Positions 13,488 to 27,700 of a stretch of DNA of 64,000 bases are shown piece after piece. The stretch comes from Octopus vulgaris. Its lineage: Eukaryota. The notes under the pieces were generated by a model. That model was not told the DNA's origin. It did not search any database and worked only from the letters and a program-made list of their open reading frames with translations. Position 1 is the stretch's first letter, and every line of letters begins with the position of its first letter. The stretch spans positions 35,526,001 to 35,590,000 of the forward strand of contig OX597821.1 of assembly GCA_951406725.2 (NCBI GenBank). The letters run 5' to 3'. The position numbers and the translations under genes were made by a program.

Positions 13488-13539
13488 GTTCTGAAAACTA
13501 TTCTCAGCCTTGAAATTTTTATCGCATTCTGTTAACTTT

Positions 13540-14115
13540 TATATATGTTGGGACGTGTGCCCATCCGCTATTCGAACAATGTGGCAAGACCATCTCGTAT
13601 TGTTCTTCAGAATCATTGCTTTAATTGAAGCGATACCTGCAGACGCAAAGACATCTGTATCTGAAGTAAAAAATATCCCCATTTAATGTTTAAAATGCGT
13701 TGAAGGCATTTTTGGTGAAATCGTTCTAATTTCAAATGAAATATATTTCATAAAACGTCCTTGATTCATAAGAATACAATACAACCGGGATGTGTTTCTA
13801 TTTATATGTTGTTGACGGCAAACACGTGACTCTAAACCACCAAATGCAGAGTAAAGAGTCAACGACCTCAAGTAGCTTACTCTTAACGAAAATCTTAGAG
13901 GGGTTGCAAACAGCACCCCGTGCAGGTGGATACATTGCAACTAGTTGATGGTCAAGTCAAAATCATCACAAGCTTTGTCAAATGCAGATACAAGAGATTG
14001 CAGTATTGTTTCAGAGTAACTGACTAGATGGCAATCGTCAGAGTATAAGAGTTCCCTAATCAGTGAAGTAAAAACGTTTGATTTGAATATCAGTCTGGTC
14101 AGATTAAAATCATTC
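13540..14115 (-). pseudogene. RTE-clade LINE reverse transcriptase fragment
   Basis: Minus translation FNLTRLIFKSNVFTSLIRELLYSDDCHLVSYSETILQSLVSAFDKACDDFDLTIN* contains YxDD. Downstream SIKAMILKNNTRWSCHIVRIADG matches the RTE 'LRWxGHxxRM' motif. Confidence 0.85.
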
Positions 14116-14134
14116 CCTGCATTAATGTAAATAC

Positions 14135-14280
14135 GCTTTCAGTTTCCGGCTTCCAAATGCCTTGAGAAGGCTTTGTTCGCCGCTTCGGCTATAGAAAAAT
14201 AGAGTGCCCAATATGCCAGGCAGTACTAACACCAGAGCCACTTAGTTGCTTCTTGTCACACAGCCATGCCTGCGCCTATA
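14135..14280 (-). mobile_element. Degraded SINE family A head
   Basis: GCTTTCAGTTTCCG...CACACAGCCATGCCTGCGCCT matches the reverse of the family A 5' region. Confidence 0.6.
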
Positions 14281-17200
14281 CATACATACATATATATTTT
14301 TTCAACAGCTGTAGATCCAAATTGCACTCTACCAAAAGTTTTGATCTTCTGTGTTTAATAGTAAGGATGGGAAATCCTTACTAACTCTGGTGCGGTAACA
14401 ATCTCACGTGTCTTTAGATTGGTTGAATCTTGATGCATCACAGGATAGAAATTTCTGTAACCAGTCTTACTCAGAGTTGTAATACTTGACTACAAATTGT
14501 AATTTGTCTTTAATGCATTTTATCTGGTTGGTAGAAGCTTCTAAGTGCGTCGCTTATGAGATAAAGTTCCTTTTCAAAGTTGCTATTGTAATAAATGATC
14601 CATAGAAAAAAGTTTTGTTTCAGCACATCTAACCCTTCTTGATATACATTCCGGGTATATTCTCATTAAGAATTAAACGTTTCAGCTATATAAAGTGTAT
14701 TCGTGTAATAATTCTCGAACTGTCAGTGCTAGTGTTCCTGAAATGAAAACAGCTTGCATGAACTGTAGGCCTGTACTTTTCATAATGTCGAAAACAGAGA
14801 GATGTTTCTTCTTTTTTTTTAAATATAATTCAAAATATGTTGCACATTCTTTATGAGGAATAGCAGCTTGAAATTTAATATCAGTATGAAAATTATTTTT
14901 TCCGTGAATCATGTTTCAGAATGGGGAAAAGCAAAATAAGAATCATGTCTTAATCTAGCTTTACACATTCAAATTGCAGGTTTTATGAAGAGTATTTTAT
15001 TCATAGATTAAAATAAACTTCGCCTGCACTTCCATTTAAAGAAACTTAAAACTGCTTCTTGATATTTAATTTTTTTGTCGATAATGTATCATAAAGTACA
15101 ATTCATAAAAACAGAAATGTCTTCATTTTCCTTCACCTGAAATTTTGATTTCTTTTGATATTGGTCCTTATGGATAAAAATCTGAAGATTTTAGAGTTTC
15201 CTTTATATTTATGAGATCCTTTTGCATCTTTGCTAATCATGTTTGCATAAGCCAAACCACGAATGATATTAAAAAAGTGTACAAGATGTATTGCAGCTTT
15301 GGAGCAAATAACCTGTGTAAATAGCAACCCTTATTGCACTTTATTACATTTAATTTACGAATAAATTTTTCCCATATTATTATATATACGTGTACTTCAC
15401 ACACGCACAAACACACATACACACAGACACGCAGATATACACACACTCATACATACGCACAGGCACACTCACACAGAGGCGCATGCACATATACACACAC
15501 ACATACATGGATGTATGTGTATGATAGGTACATGGATATATGTGTATATGATAAAAAATATATATATATGTGTGTGTGTGTGTGTTTGTATGTATGTATA
15601 TGTCTGAGTATATTTGTGTGTGTGTGTGTAGTATACTTCTGCATTCCAGTACTCTTGGCTTCAATCTGCAAAATCTATTTTATTATTAGTTTCTAAACAT
15701 TGACGGACTTCTTATACATAGCACTATTTATTAATGTTTTAGATAGGTATGCATATATTTTATCTCTTCTTTGCTAGTCAATTATTAACATTTCGTACTT
15801 TGATTGGAGGATTACAGAGTCATTGTTAAATTATCAAATCTATTTCGTAACTACTTCTGTTTAGAAGAAGCCTCTGCTTTAAACTGAGAAACCGCTTCAA
15901 AATTTTTGGTCGTTGCATTTTGTTCAAATTCAAGACAATTATGTTCGAAAACCATACAGCACATCGAAAACCGTACTCTTTTATGCCAGTCTCCTTTTGC
16001 AAGATGACATGGTAGGATCTGAAGTAAATGTGGGTGATATTTCTATCAATTCATTGACTACTCAAAGGAAGCTTTGTTTTCTTGAATTCCCTATTTCTTT
16101 TACATTTGCACTTGTGTATTAAACAACTTTGTTCGTGTATGTTGAAAAGGATGGGACATAACTTTGAATGTAATATAATATTGTGTGATCTGAAAGAAAC
16201 TTGCCTTATGGTCAAGAAGATCAATGTCAACGCAGAAGATCTTTTCTTGGTTCAGTTAACCGAATTTTGTTATCCATTGATCGTGTGTTAAACAATTTTG
16301 CTGGTATATTTTGGAAGACTATAAGATTTCCCCTCTGTCAATTAATCTAGTTTATTATAATGTCTAGTATGTAAAAGGCTCATTGATAGTGCACAGTCTG
16401 TTGTATTATACTATAACAGTTTTTGTTATCCTTCAATAAGCTTCAATGTCATTTGCTGTTAACAACTGACATTTCTATTAACTTAACCTTAGTATCTCAC
16501 TGCTATATTTTCTATGGTATCAGAGCTTCGTACCGCCTCCTACAACTGAGTACCGTTTGACATTCATTATTCGTATAAGATTAGCCCTTAGGCCTTTCTG
16601 TTAGAACACGACTATAGTAAAGCCATCTTTTTTATTATTATTCTAACTTATTGAACTTTGTATCATGAAATTATTGACTACAAATAGTAGAAGTTGAATT
16701 CAAAATCGAGAGAAGGAAAACTAGATTTCGTAAGATATGTAATCTCGAAATCTACTCTTTCAGTCTTTCTTTGTTTCTTTTTAGTCGTATTCTTTCGTAG
16801 CTGAAAGCTATTATATATATGTTATAAAAAATGGCTGCTGAATAATGAACATTGTGTTCAGAATACACATCTTCGCATATATCCGTTCACATAAATCGAT
16901 ACGTTTAGTTGCTCTCAGTGGAGTAATTTACATGACCGTACTGTATTGCCGTAGTAGCTAAACATTCGATATTTCTATTTACATTAATATAGTCATTCTT
17001 AAGGAAAGCTTTAGCAATGTTCATTATTACTTTGTAACTACTTATTATTCTAGTGTCGTAGCAAAATGTATCCCTTTCTGTATAATATATTAATTTTCTT
17101 TCATTCTTGAGTTACTAATAAAGCGCTAAGTGCAATTAGATATGTAGCCAAGAGTATATGGGAAAATATCGGCGAAATAACACTGTAGCACAGTTTTACT

Positions 17201-17680
17201 TACTATAGTTGTACATTTCTATTTCATATTGACTTCTTCGTTTGTTGCTATTATAAAAACTGTGAGTGCCACATCTGCCAACTTCCCATTCTTAGGCAGT
17301 TGATAGATATTTAATTGCCCGCACAATGCAGTCAATAAATATTTGAATTTCATAAAGTGGCTTGCATTTTGTTTGTAAAAAAAAAAAAAATTAGATTGAC
17401 ACTTCTGATGCTTGAATTCGATATTAACAGAGGAATAATTAATGGTATTCTTAAATAAAAAAAATCGAAATCATTCTAAACATGACCACTAATGAATATA
17501 TCAAGCTTCATATCGTAATATTATTGACGCACAAGGACAAATGCGCTCAGAAAAATACAGTCACACACACAATTCATTCACACTCACACATTTCCACACG
17601 CTCTATAGATGTGTGTAAATTGCCAGTTAAATTGTTGTTGTTGCCGTTGCAGTTGTTGTCGATGTAGTTCTTTTTCCCTT

Positions 17681-17697
17681 TATTATTATTATTATTA

Positions 17698-17759
<62 letters not shown>

Positions 17760-17945
17760 GAAGTCGCACAGTATACAATATCGTGAGCTTTTTGATTGAG
17801 GATATCGTGCCTACCGGGGGTTCGTCCTGTTTGTCAAGTTACAACAAGGACCTCAGACAGGCAGTACTTTACGCAATATGCGTACAGTTCCCAGTAATGC
17901 CGACTTTTGCAATGCACTTAGATTGTAGGGTATCCTAAAGTTTTG
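17681..17945 (-). mobile_element. 3' end of a restriction-like-endonuclease LINE (R4/Dong-like) with (TAA)n tail
   Basis: Minus translation IPYNLSALQKSALLGTVRILRKVLPV* followed by a short UTR and (TAA)n at 17681-17758. Confidence 0.75.
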
Positions 17946-17989
17946 AGATGTTTTTTTTTCAGAATGGTTGGTATTGAAACCAATGCCTT

Positions 17990-18215
17990 TTTATTATTCA
18001 AAATTCTTATTTTTATCACGTGCTTTCACTGCACTACTGAACGCAGCTCTGCGTTCCTTGGGTATGTGCTGTGGTTTGTTGTGATGCTCTAAATTTTACT
18101 TTATTGAAAGTCTTTTACGTAGGATGTACGCGGTGTCTAGTAGTGCTATTTTCTGTATGTTGTATATACATGTTAATCCTGGTGTATTTGCTTTACATTT
18201 GTATATTATTATTTT
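17990..18215 (-). mobile_element. 3' end of a second, distinct restriction-like-endonuclease LINE
   Basis: Minus translation TPGLTCIYNIQKIALLDTAYILRKRLSIK* (QKxxLLGTxxILRK motif) plus UTR. Confidence 0.75.
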
Positions 18216-18811
18216 TACGCACAGATTTCGATTTTATAGATATATTTTGATTTCATTTTTTACATTGCGTGTCTGCTTCACTTTTACCAATCGCTCTATA
18301 AAACATATTTCTTGTAAAATCTAACACTTTTGGTTTTATTTTATTGTTGCATAAATATTTATCAATGAATTCCAATTAATACTGTCCTGTAATTAAGCAA
18401 TAGTTTCATTAACTAGTCAATTATTCAACACTTCATTTCAGTGATTTTGCCCATATCACAGACTCTCACCACAAGAACCTGCGCATGTTAGACGTCAAAC
18501 TGTAAGAAATCGCAGCCAAATCTACTCCCATCCCTTTTTACTTTCTTTATTAATTTACACCGCTAGATTTTTAAACAGAAGTTGTAAATGCTTGATTTTA
18601 ACAAGTTTGTTTCATTTAAAGAAAATTCCTTCAAATGTAACAAAAACACCTCTCTTATTTCATTTTCACTTATATCTGGTTTCATGTAACTGTGTCTAAG
18701 GTGTATGAATGCACGTGTATTACACACACACACACGCACGGACACACACACACATACCTATATTCATATCTCGTATACGCAATTAAGGCAGTATTAAATT
18801 AAAATATCCCT

Positions 18812-19278
18812 CTATGTATCGTACGTAATGTATATACACAGATGATAGGCCAGTTACTGCTATATTTGTCCTGAGGTAGCATCTCTTATGGACGTAGTTA
18901 AAGCAAAGAATTTCAAAGGGAGGCGAAATTCCTTCTCGGCAGCAACCAGCAAGAACACCAAATGCAATCTGGCCACAATGGAGTTTTTCAATGGTGCCTA
19001 TTCGCAGCCAACCTCGTATTTGGACTAGAATTCGTCGTCTCGTGATTAAAAGATTTGCTGATGTTGCGAATAACTGCGAAGCTCAATGAAAATCTGGAAT
19101 TCTCTGTATGCACATCCATTAAGTATCATACGTAATATATGAACACTGTCGATAGGCCAGCTCCTACAGTAATTTTTCGAGAAAATATCTGTCATTAATG
19201 TACTGCGTAAAATATCAGAAAGTGATAAAAATTCATCTCGGCGGCAGCCAGCGAGTAAGGCAAATTCATTTCGGCCTT
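18812..19278. repeat. Diverged direct duplication, period about 308 bp
   Basis: GTATCGTACGTAAT..GATAGGCCAG..TCTCGGCAGCAACCAGC..CAAAT..GGCC recurs as GTATCATACGTAAT..GATAGGCCAG..TCTCGGCGGCAGCCAGC..CAAAT..GGCC. Confidence 0.65.
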
Positions 19279-22200
19279 ACGTACTTATATACATGCACAA
19301 GTAGCTACATATTTCGTGTATTTCTGCAGGTATGTGTCTATGAATGACTCTGTGTCTGTGTAAGTATATATGTGTGTTTGCGTCTGTTTGTGTCTGCCCG
19401 ACTGAATGTGCGCGTAAGATTGTTTGTATTAGGATTTCAATATATATGTTGAGATAATCCCGGTAGCTTACCCCATTGCTGCTAATATTGTGACATTAGC
19501 CGATCCATCAGGCTACATTAGGTAAATTTTAAGAAATACAAGATATTTGATTGTATTGGAACTCGTCTTCAGTTGGTAAAATTGCTCTGTGGAGTAAAAG
19601 AGAAAGAATGATATCCTAGTTTTTGTGGTACGAATGCTCCGTATTTCAAAATAAGTTCGCTTTCCAAGTACATTGTCTATTTGATATTATTACATTCCTG
19701 CAAGCAAACATTTGGTAATCATATATGCATTCCAACCGATTGTTGAGTGGTGTAGATTGTCGGGTAGTCTTCATTCACAACGCTAGATCGATCGATAATC
19801 GATTTTAAAAAAGAATCGACGAATATTTTGTTAAGTTTCAGTAATGTCGACTGAATTGTTAGCATGATTTTAGTTTAGTGGAGGTGATTATGTGGCGGGT
19901 ATGGAGGCCATCGCTTTAAATTCTGTGAAGTGTGTAATTTCTCTCCTTCTCTCCCTCTTTGAAAGAGAAGAAATAGACTTCTCTTTTCTCATTTTATTGA
20001 GATAAATAAATGTTCACTGAATGAACAGCATCAAAGGTGAATGGTTAAACTAGTTTCGAAAATTTAAACCGGACAGAAAATAATAAAAAATAAACGAGCA
20101 AAAACAAGAATAATCGAATCTGTAATTGTTTAACAACATGAATAGAAGCAACTCTTTAACTGAAATGTAGACAAACAAAGAAATAAGTAAATAAATGAAT
20201 GAATAAAAATGAAAAGAATATACAAAAGAATAGAATTGATAAACTAATGGGAAAGTATAATAAATGAAAATGTTAAAAATTAAAGGAATTCTCTGCATGC
20301 ACATCCATTATCAAAATAAATACATTACATCTCACATTATACAATACAGTTATACGGAAAACAAGAGTACGGGAATGAAAATAAAGATATATTTTTATTT
20401 ATAGATTTAATTTATAATTCATCTAATTCTTTTGTTGTTTTTTTTTTATATTAGATATTTTATCAGCGCTTCCAGTGATTATATTGTTTAAGCTACTGAA
20501 CATACCCAATGGTTTGTTTCGATAACAAAACATAATTCAATTATGCTTTCAATAATTAATCATTGGTTTTTGCAATTTATTATTTTTCTTAATTCTATTT
20601 TACGACTTTAAAATATAACTGCATATTTTATTTCTTTGATAGCTAATGTTTCTATGGAATTTTTGTACTAAAATATTGCTAATATAACCTAAGAGATCAC
20701 GTAAGATTATAAATGGCCCATGTCAGATTCAAAACTCTATTTGATCTTGTGTGTTTTATTATCTTTTACGAAAGAAATAATGCTGGATTGAATAACTTCG
20801 TTTGGATAAAATTCCAAGCCTGTAAAGAGACTCACTCAAGTGTCTGATTAAATGTTCCTCCCGTACCCAAATTTCAGGACTGTTCGCAGTTCGCTTCAAC
20901 AATTATTTTCCTTTCATAACTTTTGTAAATAATTGGCAGTGAATCGGTCCATTATAATTTTTTCCTGTTTCAAATGGTATTTGGAAAATTATGAAAGTGA
21001 TGGCTTCCTATTTCCTCTTTCCTTTAAAATCTACAGGATTTATGCCTCTCCAGAGAAAAGGCAAGTTTCTTTCGTATTCCTTCATATTCATCTATATATC
21101 GTTAGGTTGTTTCATCCTCTCATATATTAACACACAATTTATCCATTACTCTTTCTTAATTCATTTACGACTTCGATAATCTGGAAAATGGTACGTTAGG
21201 AGTCGATTTGTTTCATAACTATATAACAGAGCTATTTTAGGTAGTGTAATTAAATGTTGTCTGGAAGATAATCAGAATTTTAGCTATAATATGCTACAAC
21301 TCAGTATTCTTAACGTTAATATTTTGGAGGTCAATTCCCTCTAAGTATAAAAAGGCCATTGTAACAGTTCCAACTTTGTGCCCCGTGCTGGTAACTAACA
21401 TAAATACATTTTTTCTCTTAATGCAGTGGTAATTGTGTAAACACCTTTGAGCTATGATGTTATAGTGTAATGACTTTTGAACTCAAAGAAATAAAGTACT
21501 AGTTCAGACATTCCACACTAGTATCTAAAGCCGATCTGTTGTTATTCCATCATTTGACTCAGTTTTACTTGCGCAGTTTTATAGTTGTATGCAATTGTTA
21601 ACATATCTGGAGAGAAATTCCACCTGTAACAGATTTATCGTGTGGCACAGCATTTCAAAGTACAACAAGGAATGTTACAGAATGTAGTACTGTAAACCGC
21701 TTATTTGCTGCTGCTTAAAATCACTACCTCAACATCCCACCAAATTTAGAACCAAATTTTTCCAAGTAAATTCGAAACTTTTCTTTCAAGGGGTTATTTA
21801 TTTCATTTTGCCTTAGGTAAGAAAAACAATATTCTACTGTTGGCGCGTGGTGATTTATTTTCCCTTTGGTTTATGATATGAAGAGCTCGCAGCAGTCGTA
21901 GGGGCCAGTTATATAAACTTATTTAGATATCATTAGTCAAGTGCTTCATCTCAAACTTTTGAACGAAATGAATTATAATTGGATTTGACAGCATTCATGC
22001 TTTGAATTTATGAACTGACATCATATAACCAAATTGATCCGTTGTTAATTTATCACTGAATTACGAAGAATCTTTAACATCTTATCATTTCATCTATCTG
22101 AGAGTAGTGAAACTATGAACAATGATGAAAAATGTTCTTTGAAGTGTATGGATAATCAATTAAATACGATACTTTGCAATGACTTTTATCAGGGTTTAAT

Positions 22201-23619
22201 GCATTGTGGCACACCAAAGCGAAATGTACAACAAAAGAATGCATGATTTCAATGAAGCAAAATTCTTACTTCTGCCATAATCAAAATTCGATATTCGAGT
22301 TTACATAATTAAAGGATAAATTTTGCGTTTATATTTAATTTTCATATTATTAGTTAGCCAAAACTATCTATATTCAGGAATGGTATGAATTTATGTATGA
22401 CTAGACATTAACCTACTGAGTAGCTGGGTAATTACAATTAATTAAGGATATATTATTCAATTTCCATCGTAAAGTCTTTCTGATAATTTCAACCTTGTGT
22501 TGCACATTAACAAAGCAAGAAATAGATATGCAGCTGCTAATAACAACATACTGTATTGAATATGTAAACATTTGTTTCGTCTTGCACGGAACAATCTGGA
22601 GAATAGATATGAATGGTAAAATATCTGGATAATACACTTGTATGCTATTGATCCGGTCAATAGTGACTCATCCATACCAAAGTAACACAATGTTGTATAA
22701 ACTATCGCACTACAGCTTGTGTTGAATTAAAACCTAATTTAATAAGAGCATAATATTCAAAACAGTCAGGTTTTGTGTTTCTTTATAATCTAAAACACCC
22801 CAGTATTAAGACGTAGGCGCATTAAAAACAGTATGTTGTCTATAGAATATTCCGATTCATACTATTTTATTCATGTTACATGCATCCAGTTTAGTCCTGA
22901 TCAAAAGCACTTCAGTTGTGACACCCCAGCTATTTGTATATCAGTGCTCTGGGGGAGATTTCGCTGCTATTCTAGCTATTTAATATCTAGAGGTGTTATG
23001 CTATATTGTTCTAATACAAATTCTTTTCATTACAATGCGCAAAATATCCTTACCACTATGAATTATTCAACCGACTCTTAGGCAACAGTTATTATAAGGT
23101 GTTTGTCATCGCTTATGTAATTATATAACCTATATCACTTCCTATCAACATATCAACTTAGACATGTGACAGAATATTTTGACACCTAATTTGATATATG
23201 ATATTGTTCCTCTTTGCTGCTGCTGCAAAACAAAATTTGAATAATTTCCAGGACGTAACTGAAGTGGACAGGAGACAGTGAATTTTGTAGGTGGTGATAT
23301 AGTGAATGACATGCAAAAAAAAAAACGAAACATATGATAGAATCCTTATGTTATGCTTTATGGGCGAAAGAAATAAAACCCAGTGAGATGCAATAAGGGG
23401 TCTTAAAGAAGGAGAAGAAAATTTCAAGAAATCAAGGGAATTGATGAGATTACTTTTATTGAAAAAGATAATTGCAGCTTCTTGTGTGATTAAACATTCA
23501 CGCATAAAGATATAAACATATTTAGATGCACAATTCTTTGTCTTTTGCCTTCAGCTCTCACCTACAAGTGGATACATAGGGGTTATATAAAAACTGCGTA
23601 TTAGTGTTCGCTCTCATAG

Positions 23620-24075
23620 ACGTCGTGTGCCAGACCTAGCGTGGATGCTGAGGATTTATTCTTCCATTCACTGATTTTGTCTGTACATCTTTTCATCTTC
23701 ACCTTTCATGATGCATTTAGGAATGGTGTTTGAAACGCTATTGGATCTTGTTATATAGCGATGACATTCCCGCTTTCTTTTCCTCACAGTTGTGAGAAGA
23801 TTTTTATTGAAGCGAATGTTTCGCAAACCTGATTACTCGTATTGTGGTTCGAGTGCGAAATACTGAAACTGATACGGCAGTATTTCATTACTAATGCAGG
23901 TGTCTTCCTCTGAATGTCTGCTGCGAGAGTGCATGTCTCGCATGTGTACCGGAAATGGGATGTACACGCAGTAGTTTGATTTCGTTGTTCAAAGGTATTT
24001 TCTTATCTTTCCATATTGGTTTGGATTCATTTAGTGCAGTCACTGAGTGTGTCGTTCTTATGTACTTTGTTTGTG
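23620..24075 (-). pseudogene. RTE-clade LINE ORF C-terminal fragment
   Basis: KPIWKDKKIPLNNEIKLLR from the ORF track, plus LLTTVRKRK..YITRS in other frames. This is typical of the RTE post-RT region and is frameshifted. Confidence 0.65.
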
Positions 24076-24727
24076 GTGTCATACAAATATATAATCAATG
24101 GAATATTAAGCACAATACTTACACGTGGAGTATAAATTTAATAACTTCGAATTCCCTTCTACCTTTTCCTTGTGAAAGGTAATGCACATATCATCACACT
24201 TAATGTACATAAACGATACATCACTATTGTATTTGCATGTAATACATTCGTTTGTGACGTAGGTATAGGTCAGAAACTTATAAGCAGGGAAAATTTGAAT
24301 GCTCCGACCTCAGGATTTGACTGATGAAAGCAAAACATGAATTCCACAGCTTTTGAACTCCAATGATAAAACACCACAAAAGAATACTGCAGTGTATTTT
24401 CTCCAAAGTTCCTGAAATTGTTCAGATGTATCACTTTCAGTAAGTATTAATTATGCTGAGGTGAATTTCATTCAGTTTTGAGATATTTACGTGATTTTGT
24501 GAAACATATGGAAGTAACAGCAACTTACTAAGCCTGTACATTGTCAGCTCTGATGTTTATGTAGAAAAAGCAAAAACTGCGAGCCAGTAACCATTGTACA
24601 TTTTCATATATTTTAAAGCTTCTAACAATAAATATGCAAACACATTTTCACGTACAGGTTTAAATGTCTGAGAAATTTTATATTTCGAAAACATTTTCCT
24701 TCACGATATAAATAATTGATCCTATAA

Positions 24728-24764
24728 ATCTATCTATCTATCTATCTATCCGTTTGTCTGTCTG

Positions 24765-24837
<73 letters not shown>

Positions 24838-24857
24838 TCATCTATCTATCTCTATCT
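24728..24857. repeat. (TATC)n microsatellite
   Basis: Read directly. A similar tract is at about 37150-37256. Confidence 0.95.
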
Positions 24858-25062
24858 GTATACATGTATATATGTATGTGTGTGTGTGTGTCTATATGTA
24901 TGAACTTATGTGTATATGTATGTGTGTGTATATGTGAGCGTGTGTATATGTGTGTGTGATCGTGTATGTATGTTACAGAACCTTGCTAAAATTTTTGGAA
25001 CTGAATGTACTGCGGCTGTTGAACTTTAGCAGATTCATAAGAAAAGAAATCCATATATATGT

Positions 25063-25367
25063 GGAGGCGCAATGGCCTAGTGGTTAGGGCAGCGGACTTG
25101 CGGTCGTAGGGTCGCGGTTTCGATTCCTAGACCGGGCGTTGTGAGTGTTTATTGAGCGAAAACACCTAAAAGTTCCACGAGGCTACGGCAGGGGGTGGTG
25201 ATCCCTGCTGTACTCTTTCACCACTCTTTCTCCCACTCTTTCTTCTGTTGGCCTGCTCGCTTAGCCAGCGGGGTGGTGTCATTCGAAAGCTAAAACAATG
25301 CGAACGCATTGTGACCAGCAATGTGTAGCAACATCTGATGGTCTGGTCGGTCACGTGATCGCGTGAT
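25063..25367 (+). mobile_element. tRNA-derived SINE, family B
   Basis: GGAGGCGCAATGGCCTAGTGGTTAGGGCAGCGGAC..GGTTTCGATTCC (A and B boxes), tail GGTCGGTCACGTGAT. Near-copy at 42962. Confidence 0.9.
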
Positions 25368-26120
25368 GTTAATATATTAATGGTGTGTCGTTTGAGAAAG
25401 ATTTGGATTTTATTCTTCCCAGCTCAAGGTACCACAGAGTAACCCCTTGACTTTAGCTCCTTGTGGTTTCGGTTTACATTTATGGCAGTCACATAAGAAC
25501 ATCTCCATGCAAATAACATTAACTTCTCTAGTGAAATGATGGTAACGAAATAATTTTAAATGGAAGATTTCAATCACAGGGAAGTGAATATTTAATCTAA
25601 AACTAGAGAAAAAGAAGTAAGCACTGGAATTATACAGGAAACTAAATACAGGAAATATATAGTGCCGTATTATCCGTTGTACGTAAAGAAGAGTTTAACA
25701 TATTTGATGTGCATTTTAATACTGGAAGGTAAACGTATATATATATATATAGATATCACAGATATATTTAGTGTATGAAAACTGCATATGATATTTGAAC
25801 TCTTTCTCTCTTTCGCTCTCGTACCCACCCACTCACTTCCACGCATACACAATCATATGCATGTGTTGCTGTTCTCTAACTATAAAACCATATTTGAAAT
25901 TTTCTTTTGTATAGACAGAATAACGTAAGTGAAGATAAAATTGAAACAATGGATAATTCCTATTTTGATAACTCATTCAAGAGAGGCAACTTTGATCCTG
26001 ATAGCTTTGAAGGCACGTAGAAACATGTAAAATTGATACACACGCATACATACACAAACAAATGAGAATGCATACACACATACATGCATACATACATACA
26101 TACATACATACATACATACA

Positions 26121-26151
<31 letters not shown>

Positions 26152-26459
26152 GTATATCTATATACGCAGGTTTGGATTTACAAACGATAGAAAGAATTGA
26201 TCAAAGTTGACCTAAGACTAAACATGAATGACATGCGTGATAGCAAACTTCTACATGAACAAACACACACACACATATATATATATATATACATATACAC
26301 ACACACGCATATATATGTGTGTGTGTGTGTTTGTGTGTGTATGTGTGTGACAGAGACAGAGTATATGTCTGTGTGTGTGTATATATATATTACTTGACAA
26401 CAACACTACAGGATATCTATGTATATATGTTTTGCTTGACCACATCAGTATTGGATATA

Positions 26460-26554
<95 letters not shown>

Positions 26555-26577
26555 TGTATGTATGTATGTATATTTAC

Positions 26578-27700
26578 TCACAAAATGAGACAGCAAAGCC
26601 TAGGTTGTGTAGAATTTTCAGGACATTTATAAAGCGAAAGTTAGTCTTAGAGGAGATCTCTTCATCAGAGACCATGTGAGATGATTAAATAGAGGGAAAT
26701 ATTAGAGTTGAATACACGGAGTTATTTTAGAAAAGGAAGAAAATAAAGTGTATATAGGGAATGAATGTAAAAATAAAAATAAAAATATATAAAGATGTTA
26801 TAGTTGCCATCTCATTATCCAAGGAAAGTGGTGTGTGCAAGTGGTAGAAATGTTTCTTGTCCGTGGTATGTAAATTCTAGTAGGAGTTCATATTTTATCA
26901 TTACAAATTGGAAGTTGGGAGATGTAAATTCCATGTGCTGTTCATTCAAAGGTGTCTTGTAGTGTGAAGGAAAATTTAAGAATGTAGTGGTAGTATTAAG
27001 TGGATAGAGAGGTAGAAAAGATGTGAATATTAAAATAAGGAGAGATGTGAAAATAAAAGGGGAGAAAAGAAGAAGGAAAGAAAGAGGAAGTAAAAAATGA
27101 AAACAAGAAGAGAAAATGAGAAAAATGAGTGTTATAAAGTGAAGAAAGGGAGAAAACGAGTGCTAGTTGGTGGTCAAGATTTTATGAGGTGATGAGAGAG
27201 GAGTTGGGGAAGTGTAGGAAGAGATAAGAATGTAAGTAATGAATATGTGTGAGGTGTGTGAGGTGGGGTGATATATTAGAATGGTACTAAGGGATGGATA
27301 CAGAAAAAGGTATAGGAACTGGGTTTCTAAAGTGAGCAGTAAATCTCGAAACGGAAGGCAAGAATACTAGGAATGGTCAATCACTACATTCGAGTAGTAA
27401 AACTCAAAACGGAAAGGATGAAAACTAAGAATAGTCAACCAATACATTCCCAAATTTTCCCTCATACCACAAGACCTCTTTGAATGAACAGCACATTTCC
27501 CTACATACTCCTTATTTCCTTCCCTTTCCAAAATAACTCCTTATATTGAACTAAAATATTTTCCTCTATTTGACGATTTCACATCGTCTCTGATGAAGGG
27601 ATATCCCTAATATCCCAGAAGCAGCTGTAAAACTAGCTTTCTCTTTATAAATGACCTGAAAATTCCACACGGCCTTGGCTTTGCTGTCTCATTTTATTTA
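26578..27700. mobile_element. Fold-back element with inverted arms, each carrying a degenerate hammerhead (inverted pseudo-LTR architecture of Penelope-like elements)
   Basis: About 26580-26760 is the diverged reverse complement of about 27495-27697 (AAAATGAGACAGCAAAGCC / GGCTTTGCTGTCTCATTTT). About 26930-26990 matches about 27440-27495 inverted. The left end follows (TA)n(TATG)n. Confidence 0.7.
27586..27633 (+). ncRNA. Degenerate type I hammerhead ribozyme
   Basis: GUCU-CUGAUGA-A-GGGAUAU cccua AUAUCCC-A-GAAG-CAGCUG-UA/AAAC. Stem III is palindromic, GAAA is mutated to GAAG, and the stem I 3' strand is AAAC (AGAC in the inverted copy at 26644-26672). Confidence 0.65.

Noticed and set aside
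25063-25135. tRNA gene candidate (also about 11573 and 42962)
   Set aside because: A and B boxes are present but the acceptor and anticodon stems are poor and the sequence continues into a shared SINE body.
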